From Amphiscolops sp. MND2022 (lineage: Eukaryota): 64,000 nt of DNA. Made by a program: the position numbers and the translations under genes. The notes under the pieces are model-generated. The model saw only the letters and a program-made list of their open reading frames with translations, was not told the DNA's origin and did no database searches. How positions within the stretch are numbered: position 1 is the first letter of the stretch; every line of letters starts with the position of its first letter. Shown piece after piece: positions 28,318 to 39,600 of this stretch. The DNA lies in contig OZ076409.1 of NCBI GenBank assembly GCA_964187785.1, positions 28,522,001 through 28,586,000 of the forward strand, written 5' to 3'.

Positions 28318-28931
28318 TGTAACGTCAGGCATCCGATCCAAAATTTTGATGACACCAAAAATCTGATGTAGAGGCAAAAAACGTGCGAGTCAAAATGGCC
28401 GACCTGGCAGGTCCTTGAAATCATAGAGAAGTGACAAAAAACACACACGAGACCCCCCAACCCTCCCCGAAGAGACTGAAAAACCTGTAGAAGCAGACGT
28501 TCGAAGATATCTGGAAGCAGCAACAGAGCAATACCCACTGATGTGCCATTTCTACCCGAAAAATGCCAAAATAGACCATCTTGCCCCGAAGATGCAGAGT
28601 GATGTCAGATGGTTACAGGAATTTGGATGATGTTTGACCTGCCAGGTCTTCATTTTAGTCCTTATTCCCCAAATACAATGTATTTTGGCTAGATACCCTT
28701 TTTGGACCTCGGAAGTATGTAGGAACTCGCAGGAAGCTTGAGGAATGTTTTTACAGGCTTGTGGGACGTGTCCGGACTTTGAGTGCGCCGGCACGTCGCC
28801 ACGGAGCTCTCATATGAGACCGCTTTGGGACTAAAAACTAGTGTCTAGGTTTTGTTAAGGCAACGGTCTCCTGTTTAGGTAATCTAGGCATCGTCCCGTC
28901 TCTAAGATGTAGCTGCTAGCTTGAAGTTACA
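28318..28931 (+). mobile_element. Solo LTR related to element A LTR (diverged subfamily, 614 bp, opposite orientation), TSD ATG
   Basis: TGTAAC...GTTACA termini. Blocks such as tcaaaatggccgacctggcaggtcctt and tttttacaggcttgtggg match the reverse complement of LTR A. Flanks are c-ATG and ATG-a. Confidence 0.92.
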
Positions 28932-28944
28932 ATGATTTTTCATA

Positions 28945-29212
28945 CTAAAAGAAGGATTTAAAATGCACGCGAAATGTTTTCACAAAGATGAATAAGGAGA
29001 ATGGGTTTCCCGAGCAGTTCAAAATCAAAGCAAGTGACGAGAACTTCTTTCTAATGTTGTAGACTAAAACTTCGGTGGGAGATTGTGGTCCCTCTCGTTG
29101 GAATCGCAGAGCTGCAAGTCGAGAAAACACTTCCAAGAGAAGAGCACAGACGGCCACAGATGTTACACAAAACAGCATACGTGATGCGCTGCCCTTGCTT
29201 CTCTTCAATTTC
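28945..29212 (-). CDS. Rhodopsin-class GPCR exon 3 (TM6, TM7, helix 8, stop)
   Basis: Acceptor tttcag|G at 29213/29212. Translates to SRMLFCVTSVAVCALLLEVF and LILNCSGNPFSLFIFVKTFR. Phase-compatible with exon 2. Confidence 0.82.
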
Positions 29213-29619
29213 CTGAAAGTTTGTTATGAGTGCAAACTGAGTGTTCAAAAGTTAGGAGAAATAGTGTAAATATCGCGTGGAGGTAAAATTTGTTTATTGA
29301 TTTCAGTGAGCTTTGATCAATGGGTGCTAATGAAAACTTGTTCGCACCTGAAGCGATCCTAAGCTCTGCAACCACAGTCAATAGATTTTCATCAATATGA
29401 TTGCCACGGAATTTTTCGAAATTAAAATTGAGTTTTCAATACCCAGAGATGTGAAACATGATTCGCCGTCAACTTGGCCCACCTGTTTTGTGGTCATGTT
29501 GATGAGTTATTATTTTCCGCCTATATTTCATATGGGAAAGGTAAATATTTAAATTAAACGCTTTTTTTTACAAAATTTGCCAAGCACCAAATTTATATTC
29601 AACTTTAAGGGTGATACTC

Positions 29620-30255
29620 ATAGAATTCAACTCACATAAAGCTAGCTTCGTGCGATTTGTATTTGTGAAGATTTCTGGACTTTTTTAGTTGACTCCAAGG
29701 ACCCCAGAATGACAGGAAAATCACCCCAAAAATGAGAAAAATTGCAAAATCTGCCATTTTTTGTTTTAAGGCAATTTTGGTCTATTTTTCGATGAATTGT
29801 CATGGATTAGAATGTTCATGAAGGCAAGAATTCGTTGTCCTGTAGTCATTTATGAAGAGATAAACACGGTTTTTTGGAGAGAAAAAGACCCAAAAAAGAC
29901 AAAAAAGTTCCCGATTTTCAACGTTTCTATGCAATTTCTGTCAAATGTTTTATAGACTTCGTGGATTAGGATGTTGGAAAGGCTTAAAATGGCACTAATT
30001 CGTTGTCCAGTAGGTTTCCCTAAGAAATAACTGCTGTTTCCATATGAAAAAAGTCTCAAATTGACACCGAAACTGACAAAAATCCCATAATTTTTTATTT
30101 TTCAAAGCTTTTACGCATATTTCATCAAATTTTTGACAGCCGTCAAATTTCAACCAGGGTCATAGATTGAAATGTTTTAAAGAGTCAACCAGGAAAGAGT
30201 TGGTTGTTCAGTAGTCTTTTCCGATGCGCTTATTGCATTTTTCTAAATGAAAATG
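29620..30255 (+). repeat. Degenerate ~180-bp tandem host repeat (left part), interrupted by element B
   Basis: Unit landmark gac(a/c)c(c/g)aaa at 29887 and 30063. Its outer end (29620-29715) is the reverse complement of 26281-26372. Confidence 0.75.
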
Positions 30256-30991
30256 TGTGACGACAAGCTCTCACCATTGTCGCCGTAACCATAAGAGTTA
30301 GAGGAACACATGATATGGGTATTTGCCCGGGACAGGCGCCCATGACCATGAGCTCATTTTGCCTCTTTCGGGTAAAAACTGTCCCGTCAAAGGAGGATTC
30401 CGCTTCTTGTGAAGTGCTCGCCGGCCTGATCCAGTCTGTAATTGCTATCAGTAGTGCGCATTACGCTTTTTCTTCGAAATCAACACTTAGATAGCCTTTA
30501 AAAAATGCAAGTGGTGGAAAGGGAAAAATCAAGTTCCTTCGAAGTTACACAGGAGATTGAAATGAGTAGCTCACGAGCTGTTACAACAAGAAAATACGAA
30601 AATTACTACATAGTTAGCACTTTTGAGGCAGCAATTAGCCGGGGACACAAGCACGGATGCTTGGTCAAGCTAATTGACTCATTTTTGGTAATCACAGCGT
30701 CTTGTAACGCTTCGCTGAAGAAAGCACTGGTTAGAACAAAGTTCAGTCCGTTTTGGCAGAAATTTGAGTCTTTTTCTGATAGTGGCCGTGTTTTTCTGCA
30801 ATCTTCTCGTTCGGGTGGGGGTCTCTTTCGAGTCTTTTGCTCAAATCCTCTTCAATTCCGTGGACAGGTACTTGAATAAAGACACGCTACCGTCTGGCGG
30901 AATATGACTCTTTAGTAGAGGAGATATAGTCCCTTGAACGAAATTTTCATCGAAATTTTCGAAATTGTACACTCGATAGGTAATCGCTACA
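30256..30991 (-). repeat. Element B 3' LTR (736 bp)
   Basis: TGTGACGA...TCGCTACA. No differences from 48943-49678 seen by eye. Confidence 0.97.
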
Positions 30992-31029
30992 TACACTCCC
31001 CGGGGTCTAGTCTTGACGTCCCCGTCAAG
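30992..31029 (-). promoter_or_regulatory. Element B PPT-like tract plus hairpin
   Basis: Minus strand CCCCGGGGAGTGTA against the LTR. Perfect 7-bp stem CTTGACG-GGGA-CGTCAAG at 31012-31029. Confidence 0.7.
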
Positions 31030-32012
31030 TGTGGGTTGGCGTCATTGAGTCTGTACCCAGAGTCATCTGTGTCCCACTGAGAAGATAGAGTGCACATCAA
31101 GTAGCGTGGACGGTTTGTTGGGACATCGTCAAGTTGGCCTCGTGGAAGTGTTTTTGACCCAGCGTTGCTGCATTTTGATCAAATCAATACAACTTTGTAT
31201 ACAAATCTTATACGGCAAGGTCATTGCTTTTCGTAGCCTGTCGTGAGCAATTCAGGCGTTAAAATTTCTTTTCGGCCATTCAAAAAAATTTTTATTTGCC
31301 GTTAGTGTTAAAACTTGTTTTAAGGCCAACGACCATCACATGACTGTTCGAAACATATTTTCCGAAGCTCGGGAGCTTCGGACTGCTTGGCGTTTGATAA
31401 AAGTTCTTTTGGTAAGCAGTTGCCATAAAATCAGTTAATAAGTACGATCAATTTAAAATTTTTTTTTTTTTTTTTTTTTGCGAGATTTATTCTCGATCCT
31501 ATCAGGCAGCTCAAGAAAAACAATGGTCGAGGTTCATCAATCTTTTTATTCTATTCATTTCTCATCTCTCCCTCCTTGTTTCCTTTTCCTTTATCTTTTC
31601 TTTTTATCTTTTTCTACAGTGGCAACAGTGTAAACGATAACTAGCAACTAAAAGGGTGTAATAGCACCGAAAATTTCGAGCACGGAGTGCGCACAGCGCA
31701 TCCACATACAGCATAAAGTAGCATGAAAAAGCACTAACTGCAAACACAAATTGCAAATTGAATATTGCATCTAACTAGGGCAAGGCAAAGACACAGTTTC
31801 ATGGTTGGGTTGCCGGTCCCAAAACGGAATAACAAAGAGGATGAAGCCCGGGGGCTTCATCTTCTTTTGGAGATTTTTACCCATGACCAATTGGCATTTC
31901 CATAATCGAAGCTTAGCAACAATAGAGATTGAAACCATGAAATTTCGGAAAATTTTATCTAGCACAAGACTATCGAAGTTGGAAATTAAATGACGACAAA
32001 GTTAGTTCTGTT

Positions 32013-35000
32013 TCACTGGGTGGCAGAGGAGTGACGCGCTCTGGGGGAAACATCTGCCTTTGGTTGCAGTTCAGACAGAGATCCTCTTCGCGTATTTCCT
32101 CCTCGCAGGACTGGCTTTGGTTCTGCGCTGGCAGTTTCGTGGGTCCTAGGAGCCGTATTTGAGCCACCAGGGCCATTTTCTGCGGCTACCGGAGTTGATG
32201 CTTCTGGGGAATGTTCTTGCGCTGCATTGGCTGAGTCGCTAACATTGGCAGAACTTGTGGTTGACGTGGAGATTGGGATCTGTACATCCAGTCTACTAGC
32301 ATTAAACAAGTGCGGTAGATCCAGCGGTCTATTGCGGGTGGTAATCGGACGTTTCTGTTTCGCGCTGAGTTTCGGGCGCAGATCAGGTCGGCCCCAGAGC
32401 CCGCAGGCTCTGGACCAGTTGTCCTTATTCGCATGCTCTATGATTTGCCTAGAGGCTTCCCATTCGGGTCCGAGGGGGTCACTTAGCAATTCCATGACGT
32501 GGTAGCAGGTCTCCGCTGGCATGTCGCTTCCCATAGTAACCCTCGCCTCTGGATTCCAAACAGGCATTGTCAGTGGGGGGATGATCAAATCTTTTAGGCG
32601 TCCTTGGCGCTCCTCCAGGGTTCTTGACATCCACACGCCAAGTTTGTAGTGGTCGCGATAAGCATACTGCTCATCAAAGCCCTTCTCGACCATACTGATT
32701 GGCTTGGCTCGGATGTAACCGATGGGTCCTCGCCAGTACCTGGCTGGAAGCTTAATCATTTGGAAATTGTACTCCTGATTCGTGTGACCGCCCATGGTTT
32801 GCACACATTCCGTCACGTACTTCCTGAGGTGTGCGAAACTCCAATTGAATCGCTGTGGGATTCCGAGGTGGTCTAGGGGAGAATTATACCAATTCACCGG
32901 GCCGTATTCGCGGGGTAAAGGGCACGCCTTCTTTGTTCGGGCTTTGAGAATACCGGCCAGGTTTTCGTCTTGCTGTGTCTCATTCTTTATTGTGGTATAC
33001 ATACGTGGTACTAGCAGAAACAGCCCACGTTCAAGCATTTGTTGATAGTTGTGTGGTTTCACGTTCTTCAGATAAGTTAGGATGGATACCGTTAAGGTCT
33101 CCGAGGCCAGTCTCAGAGGCTTGGTGGGGTATCGGAGTATCCCGGTTGGGCCAAATATCGGAGTTAGCACGGGTGCTAACACCGGTATAAGATCTTCGAC
33201 TTCAGCCAAAGTGAAATCTGCCAGCTGGTTGGGTGTCAAAAATCCAGCTACCTCGGTCACTAGCTGACGTCCATCATATAATGGTTGGTGTTTATCCACC
33301 CCCACGAAGAGTCCCGAGGCAAAGACCAGACTGCAATATATCCAGTGATATAATGAAGTTGTCATACGCTCCAGGTGAGCGGGATAATCCTGAGCATCTT
33401 TCCGTTGCAACAGCTTGGCTAGGGCGGTGAGACCTGAGATGTTCCCTCGTGCAATCACCAGATATGAAAATAGCCATTCCAGATTACACTCGGTAACCAG
33501 GTCAGTCAATATCATCATTGGGCCAGCTACAAAGCGTTTCTGCCCGAAAGTGAGCATTAGTGCAAAGAGTTCGTTCACCTGCACGGTACCGATAATCTCG
33601 CTGATTTCGATCAACCAACTCTCCTCTAAATCGAACTCGACTCGAATAACATCGGGACTCCAACCCAATCCCAAACAGATGGCAAACTGGTCGGTTGACA
33701 TCCCAAGCTCCTTTGCAATGTCTGCTACGGTGGTGGTTTGTAGCCGCTGGTACCAGGCGTCGTAGGTGCTGCTGAAGGCCTGGATTTCAGCCTGAGTTTC
33801 GCTCGTCAATTTTGCAGCAATGTATTTCATTCCCACTGATAATTGATCGATTGTGAGGTCCTTGGCAAATTGAGCTCGCGGGATGGCTCGTTCTACTTCT
33901 CGGTCGTTGGGGACTTTGCTCATTGTGGCAGTGACCTCTGCAAGATCGGTTTTGATACAAGTCTTTCCACCGGATGAGCGCGCGCGCTCTATCCAGTTAT
34001 TCAGGCGGATTGCCTCGCACTCAGCCGTACTGGGCTCTGGGACTCGTCTTTCTCCGTCCTTATTGAACACCAACAAGCCCATGCGAGTGCCGTGATCAAA
34101 GTAAATGGCATCGTCGATTGTCAGCTGCGCGTTCCCTGTTCTCTCTACTGACTGTAGCACTTTAGATACTGAGGCAATGTATCCCATGTAGGACAGCCAG
34201 GAGGGGCGAAAGTCATTGGAGCTAATCCGCATATTGGGCGCGCAGATCGCAAAGTCTATTTCTCTGCACTTGCAAACTTCTGTCACCATGTATATGAATC
34301 TCTGCAAGGCGGGAGGCCATTGGCAAAAACCTGGGGGTGTCACGAACAGGGCTGGCACCTTGAGTTTGTCTTTCAAGATGTTTTGGGCTTTCTCCATGGC
34401 TCGGGCCACGTTCAATGCTGCATTGCGTACCGTTGTTCGCTGAGCCGGGCTTGGATTCATAATCTCAACATTCGCGATCTGGGCCATTAATCCTTCACAG
34501 GCCATGTGATCGAAAACGTTGCTGATGATCACTCTACGTGGAGGTGGCTCTTTGAAGGTTCCTGTCATTTCAGGGTCAAACATGGTGACCAACACTTCGG
34601 CCATCTCGGGAATACGTGACAGCGGTAGGGTAAAAACCATCACGTCTGACAACACGTTGTCAATGGGGACATTCTTGAGGAATGTTGAGTCAATAAGTAA
34701 GGCGAAGCGCGCACGCTGCAACCTTTCTTTTGGCATTGGTAGCTGGGCTTCGAGATCACGGGCGTACCGTGGGTTGATCTCAAAGGTCTCTCCAGCGTTG
34801 AGGAAATATCGATCGGCGAATTGCCCACGAAGGTCAATGTTGAGGGCATCTAGGTAATTGTCGTCCACGTTTGGCAGCATATTCATTGCCTTCCCTAGCC
34901 ATGGCGGCTCATTGGTAGGAGTGTGGTCTGGGCGGATTGGACGATTCATAAATACGGGTACATTTGCCTTCTTCAGTTTCGCGTGCTCTTCGTCATTTGG

Positions 35001-36380
35001 AGGACACATGTTTTTCTCGAATAGCCACTCGGGCGATACTATAACTGCCGATTCCCAGATACGTCGGGAATCCTTAGTGACCAATGTGCCCTTTGTGTTC
35101 TGCATGGGACTCAGGTACGTCGGCTGTTTCGTAAAGGTCCTCTTAGTTGGATGTTGAATCGCCTGTTTCCGGAGCGGGGTTCCAGTTGGACCACTGTTGG
35201 TCACTTTCAACCCTGGATAATCACCCATTATGTCCTTGACAGTTCGCTGGGATACAGGGGTGCCTTGATAACCCACAGTTTGCTCTGATTGTGGCTGTCC
35301 TGACGTGGAGGGCTTAGGAGTCGCTCGTTGAGCCAGCGACTCGCGTGTTGTAGGCTGCGTGGATGGTGGTTGCGGCAGCCCTTGTTGCTCGCCTGTCACG
35401 TCCGATTGTGATTGGAGTGAGGGAAGCACGCATGCTTCCGACACCTTTGACTTCGTTTGGTCTGGCGCTTTGGAGGTTGTGGCCTTCTCGTTGGAAATCT
35501 TTTTGTCAGGTGGTGGCTTGCTCGAGGGGCTGTCACGGGCAGTCAATGGTTGTTGAGTCTTCTTTGTTGGGGAGGGGTCGTTGCGCTTTCTGGAGGCAGG
35601 GCGGCTCTCTCCTCCCCCCTTTTGAGAAGAGCGGGAAGGCGAACGACTGCGTTCCACAGTCACAGTGCGAGAGTGTCCTGGCTGTTCAGACTGAGTATTG
35701 ATATGGGGAATAGTGATGACACCTTGACGTGTTTCAGTGGAGGTCGCATTGTCATTACGAATAGTGACAGTGGGCAGGGCAATTCGACGTAACTCTGGCC
35801 AACACTGTTCCATGGATCGCATGAAGTCATCGTAATTGGGATTGGCAGCCACTGCTTGTAGCGCTGAAATGACTGCTTGCTCCGCCATAGATTGATTGGG
35901 CAGGCTAGACACTATAGGAGCAGGAGTGCGCGCACGCACTACTGCTTGTGGTGTTGGTGCAGGAGGTGGCGGTGGAGGTGGAGGCGGGCAAGAAGGGATC
36001 TGTAACGGTCTAGTCTGGTGGACTCCGCCATTCGCAAGACTATACGAGATTGCCGCACGATCATCTGTGAAGTGATGCGTAAGATCATGGCCATGCCACA
36101 CTCCATCTTGGTACGTCATGGATCGTTGAAATCCAGGAAACCCTGAGGTAATTGATATCGTTAGCATTGGGGCTTGCAATTGTGATTCCATTTGGGCAAT
36201 GATTGCTGCTACCCCGGCCACTGCAGCTGGCGACAGACCTTGGTCGAGTCTGTCTCGAATAAAGGCAATTTGTGGGGTGCGTTGGACACGCGCAGTGTCA
36301 TAGACGCGTTGCCCCAAGGCAGGAGAGTTGTCTGTAGACCTCGGCGGGACGTTGTTACTTCTATCATTATCTTGGTTCAT
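32013..36380 (-). CDS. Element B ORF3 (~1,455 aa from ATG 36380), SGNH-like domain protein
   Basis: Homologous to ORF3 of A: FALLIDST, VIISNVFDH, LFVTPPG, NDFRP. The ATG follows a putative splice acceptor at 36391. Confidence 0.85.
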   Translation of the reverse strand: MNQDNDRSNNVPPRSTDNSPALGQRVYDTARVQRTPQIAFIRDRLDQGLSPAAVAGVAAIIAQMESQLQAPMLTISITSGFPGFQRSMTYQDGVWHGHDLTHHFTDDRAAISYSLANGGVHQTRPLQIPSCPPPPPPPPPAPTPQAVVRARTPAPIVSSLPNQSMAEQAVISALQAVAANPNYDDFMRSMEQCWPELRRIALPTVTIRNDNATSTETRQGVITIPHINTQSEQPGHSRTVTVERSRSPSRSSQKGGGESRPASRKRNDPSPTKKTQQPLTARDSPSSKPPPDKKISNEKATTSKAPDQTKSKVSEACVLPSLQSQSDVTGEQQGLPQPPSTQPTTRESLAQRATPKPSTSGQPQSEQTVGYQGTPVSQRTVKDIMGDYPGLKVTNSGPTGTPLRKQAIQHPTKRTFTKQPTYLSPMQNTKGTLVTKDSRRIWESAVIVSPEWLFEKNMCPPNDEEHAKLKKANVPVFMNRPIRPDHTPTNEPPWLGKAMNMLPNVDDNYLDALNIDLRGQFADRYFLNAGETFEINPRYARDLEAQLPMPKERLQRARFALLIDSTFLKNVPIDNVLSDVMVFTLPLSRIPEMAEVLVTMFDPEMTGTFKEPPPRRVIISNVFDHMACEGLMAQIANVEIMNPSPAQRTTVRNAALNVARAMEKAQNILKDKLKVPALFVTPPGFCQWPPALQRFIYMVTEVCKCREIDFAICAPNMRISSNDFRPSWLSYMGYIASVSKVLQSVERTGNAQLTIDDAIYFDHGTRMGLLVFNKDGERRVPEPSTAECEAIRLNNWIERARSSGGKTCIKTDLAEVTATMSKVPNDREVERAIPRAQFAKDLTIDQLSVGMKYIAAKLTSETQAEIQAFSSTYDAWYQRLQTTTVADIAKELGMSTDQFAICLGLGWSPDVIRVEFDLEESWLIEISEIIGTVQVNELFALMLTFGQKRFVAGPMMILTDLVTECNLEWLFSYLVIARGNISGLTALAKLLQRKDAQDYPAHLERMTTSLYHWIYCSLVFASGLFVGVDKHQPLYDGRQLVTEVAGFLTPNQLADFTLAEVEDLIPVLAPVLTPIFGPTGILRYPTKPLRLASETLTVSILTYLKNVKPHNYQQMLERGLFLLVPRMYTTIKNETQQDENLAGILKARTKKACPLPREYGPVNWYNSPLDHLGIPQRFNWSFAHLRKYVTECVQTMGGHTNQEYNFQMIKLPARYWRGPIGYIRAKPISMVEKGFDEQYAYRDHYKLGVWMSRTLEERQGRLKDLIIPPLTMPVWNPEARVTMGSDMPAETCYHVMELLSDPLGPEWEASRQIIEHANKDNWSRACGLWGRPDLRPKLSAKQKRPITTRNRPLDLPHLFNASRLDVQIPISTSTTSSANVSDSANAAQEHSPEASTPVAAENGPGGSNTAPRTHETASAEPKPVLRGGNTRRGSLSELQPKADVSPRARHSSATQ

Positions 36381-36602
36381 GACGACAGTTCTGAAAGAGC
36401 GTAGGTCGATTGTAGCACACTTCATAATAGGGTAACACCATAGGTCATTTAAGGGTAATACCAGGGAAAGTAATAGAATGTCACACATTAACATTAAAGA
36501 AAAAGATGACGTAATAGTCTCAAATAAACTTCGTGTCGATTCACTAAACTTAACCGAGCGGACAAAAAACGAAAAACAAAAAAAAGCGGACAAACGAAAA
36601 CT

Positions 36603-39600
36603 TTACGGAAAGCTAGCGACGCTTGCAATAGATACGTAAACGCGATCGTGAAGAACGACGGTCAGGGGGGTGTCGGCGAATACGTCCATCAAACAGGTAT
36701 AAAAATCAAAAAGATTACGTATTGGGCGTTCAGGATCAATGATAGCAAAGTGTACTTCTATCGCCTCCAAGCGCTCGAGTAACGTTTTCAAATGATCAAG
36801 ACATCCAAAGAGAATATCAGCGAGCATGGGGCAGCGAGGTGTAGCTCGTGTGATTAGAAGGTGGATAGTCTGAGGATGGCCGCCTATCAAAGACGTGGGT
36901 AGCGTTACAATATTGCCAACCTCCGGTCGAAGTTGAAAGATTGCATCTGCACCATGCTCACGAATGACGTAACGAAGAGCGGCAGAATTAGTTTCCAGAT
37001 TCGCGGGACAACATAAAACGATATGATGGGGAGTTTGCAGGAAGTCCGTATTGGCATACTGCACATAATCAACCAATTGAGGTTTCGCGGCTCCATGATA
37101 CACTAACTCTCGTCCGGGGTCCTTGGAAAGAGCATCGTCACATGCATTCGGGAGGAGGCCCTTGATTGCGCCCAAATCTTGCCATACAGATCGTGGCAAT
37201 GATTGATTATCGATGTTAGCCCTGGACCATGTATCCAGTGCGTGGAGGGCCGATTGGAGGGATACAGGACTAGGAAATGAGTGTGTCCATTCGTCCAGGA
37301 ATCTAATTCGTGAGAAATTTGATAGAACTGCTATAATAAGTTCCAGCCACCATTCAAACTTAATTTTACCACGATATAGGTCTATCGTGTGGAAACAAGT
37401 GATTTTATCAGGAGATGCCATCGTCCGCAAACTCTCCAGACAGGTGTTCAAGTTAGTGGGATGAACCAAGTCGGATGTTTGCTTGGCCGTAACTAGTAGC
37501 CACCAGTTGCTTGTAGGCTGATAAACGTCTCCTGGTTTTGCTGTGACGTTATATTTGTCGTACAAGAGGTCAGCAGGAATACAGCGTATCATTTGGATAG
37601 GCTCTCGCTCATAGTTAAAAGGACCAAAAGCAATATTTGTAGGCAAAGGGGGAACAGTGATGGGTAAGGTGAACTCCAAACCAACAAGATCATAGGTCCA
37701 CTCCTTGAATCTTGGGCACGGAGCCTTTGCTATCGTAGAATCTTTCATTTTGGATAGGATATAGTCCACAGGATATGGAGTTTCACTGCGTTGTAGCCCA
37801 GTGTAGGTTTTCTCGGCTCGAATAACCAAACGGTCAACCATTCCGCTCGGAAGTGATTTCTCCTGTTCAAGGGCTAATAGAACTCCCTGGGATTTGATTG
37901 GGAAGTCCGCGTGGATCATGTAGTTACATTCGCAGTTCCTCAGGCCACATGTTCCGCAACGATATCTGGGAATGCGATTGCGTCGCAGTCCATAACGAGC
38001 GTTGGTCGATTCTGGCGGTGCTGCTTGATCTGAGGTAACCGCCGCGCTAGGGGCAGAAGAGTCAGTGTCCATTGATGGAGTGTTACGAATATGGGTAGGA
38101 GTATTAGGTCTGGCGTGCGTTGTACGAGGAGGTCTACCTCTGGGACGGCCTCTTTTGCGAGCGCCTCTAATAGCACCTCTCCGTTGGTGACCACGTGGTA
38201 GCGAGGCTCGCGGCCTTGCTCTACCTGGCGGACGTCCCCGGGGTCCACGCCCTCTAGGAGCATTGGGGAGCTTCGTGGTAGTAGCTGCATCATTGTTGAT
38301 GGGATTTGTTGTAGGGGGAATTGATCCCTTTTCGTTATTGGTCGTTGGTGCGTCAGCACCGTCGTCGTCCAGGGTTGGGTTGAGGTCATTGTTATCGATT
38401 AGGGGCCAAATGGGAAAGTTACTCAACACATCCGTAAGAGATGGATTTGTCAATAATGGGGCGGATGTACCGGTCAAAGAAGTGGCGGTACTTCCGGTGG
38501 GTACGTGGATATTAGGATTCGGGGCGACATCTAATGCGTCTGGTACTGCTTCATTCTCTGAAAATAGAGCCTCCATAGCAGGTAGTGGTGATATTGGCAT
38601 TTCGGGAATAGGCACAGGCTCGTCTACTTGTGATGACAAGGTAACACTTTCGTCAGGATTTGCCTGAGCACTCGATAGGAGTACATCAGAACGTTCATCG
38701 TCAGATTCAGTTGAAGAGTAGCCAAATTGTTGATAATGCAGGCGGCTGCCACCTGCGCGCATGTGTGTGCGTAATCGTGTGTCCATCCAATGTCTTTGTC
38801 GAGAAGGCAAAGAGGCATCACTGGCTTCCGAAATTGGTTCCTCTGCACGGTAAGAAGGTTGTGAAGCATCGTCTCTTACCTCCTCATGGGATTGTTCTGG
38901 ATCAGGGTCCATGATAATAGCAACCTCGCCGTTATGCGCAGGAACAGCTGCCCATTCTGTTGGACCACCATGATGTGGTTTCAATCGTTCGAAATGCACT
39001 TTCTGCCCAGTGTCAAGTATATAAACACGTCCCTCTTGTAGCACTCGTGCTACTTTGTGAGGACCACGCCACGCTCTCATCAGTTTAGGAGATCCTTTTT
39101 GAGGAATGTATCGGCAGAATACCCAAACAGGTTCGCCCACTTCGTAGGCCTTAGCACGAATTGCTCTGTCGTACTTCAATTTTTGTCGTTGTTGGGCTTG
39201 ATGCGTGTTGCGACGGACTAAGTCATGAATCTCTTGTTGTCGAGCCAGCACATGTTCCACATAGGCTTCGTGTGATTCGAATGACTGAGTTGCAAATTCC
39301 GGATACAAAAAGGTCAGGGGTATAGCTTTTTCCATGCCTCTGGTTAGCATATACGGGGAAAACCCAGTGGTGGCATGACGTGTGGAGTTGTATGCACCCA
39401 TAACTTCATCTAGGTACTGATCCCAGTCACGCATTCGTCTAGAACAGAATACACGCAGTAGGGTGAGTAGCGTTCGGTTTTGTCGTTCTACCAACCCTTG
39501 AGTCCTGGGGTGACCAGCAGTTGAGGTTACTTTGGTCACTTGGGCTGCTTTCATAAACTCAGCAGATACTGCCGCAGTGAAGTTGGGAGCATTGTCTGAC

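Noticed and set aside
31458..31479. Poly-T run as a retroposed poly(A) tail
   Set aside because: It lies in the element B 3' UTR with no TSD or recognisable insert.
36381..36593. Hydrophobic N-terminal extension of B ORF3 as an env signal peptide
   Set aside because: It starts at a non-ATG codon in T-rich intergenic DNA, has no counterpart in A, and lies upstream of the putative splice acceptor.
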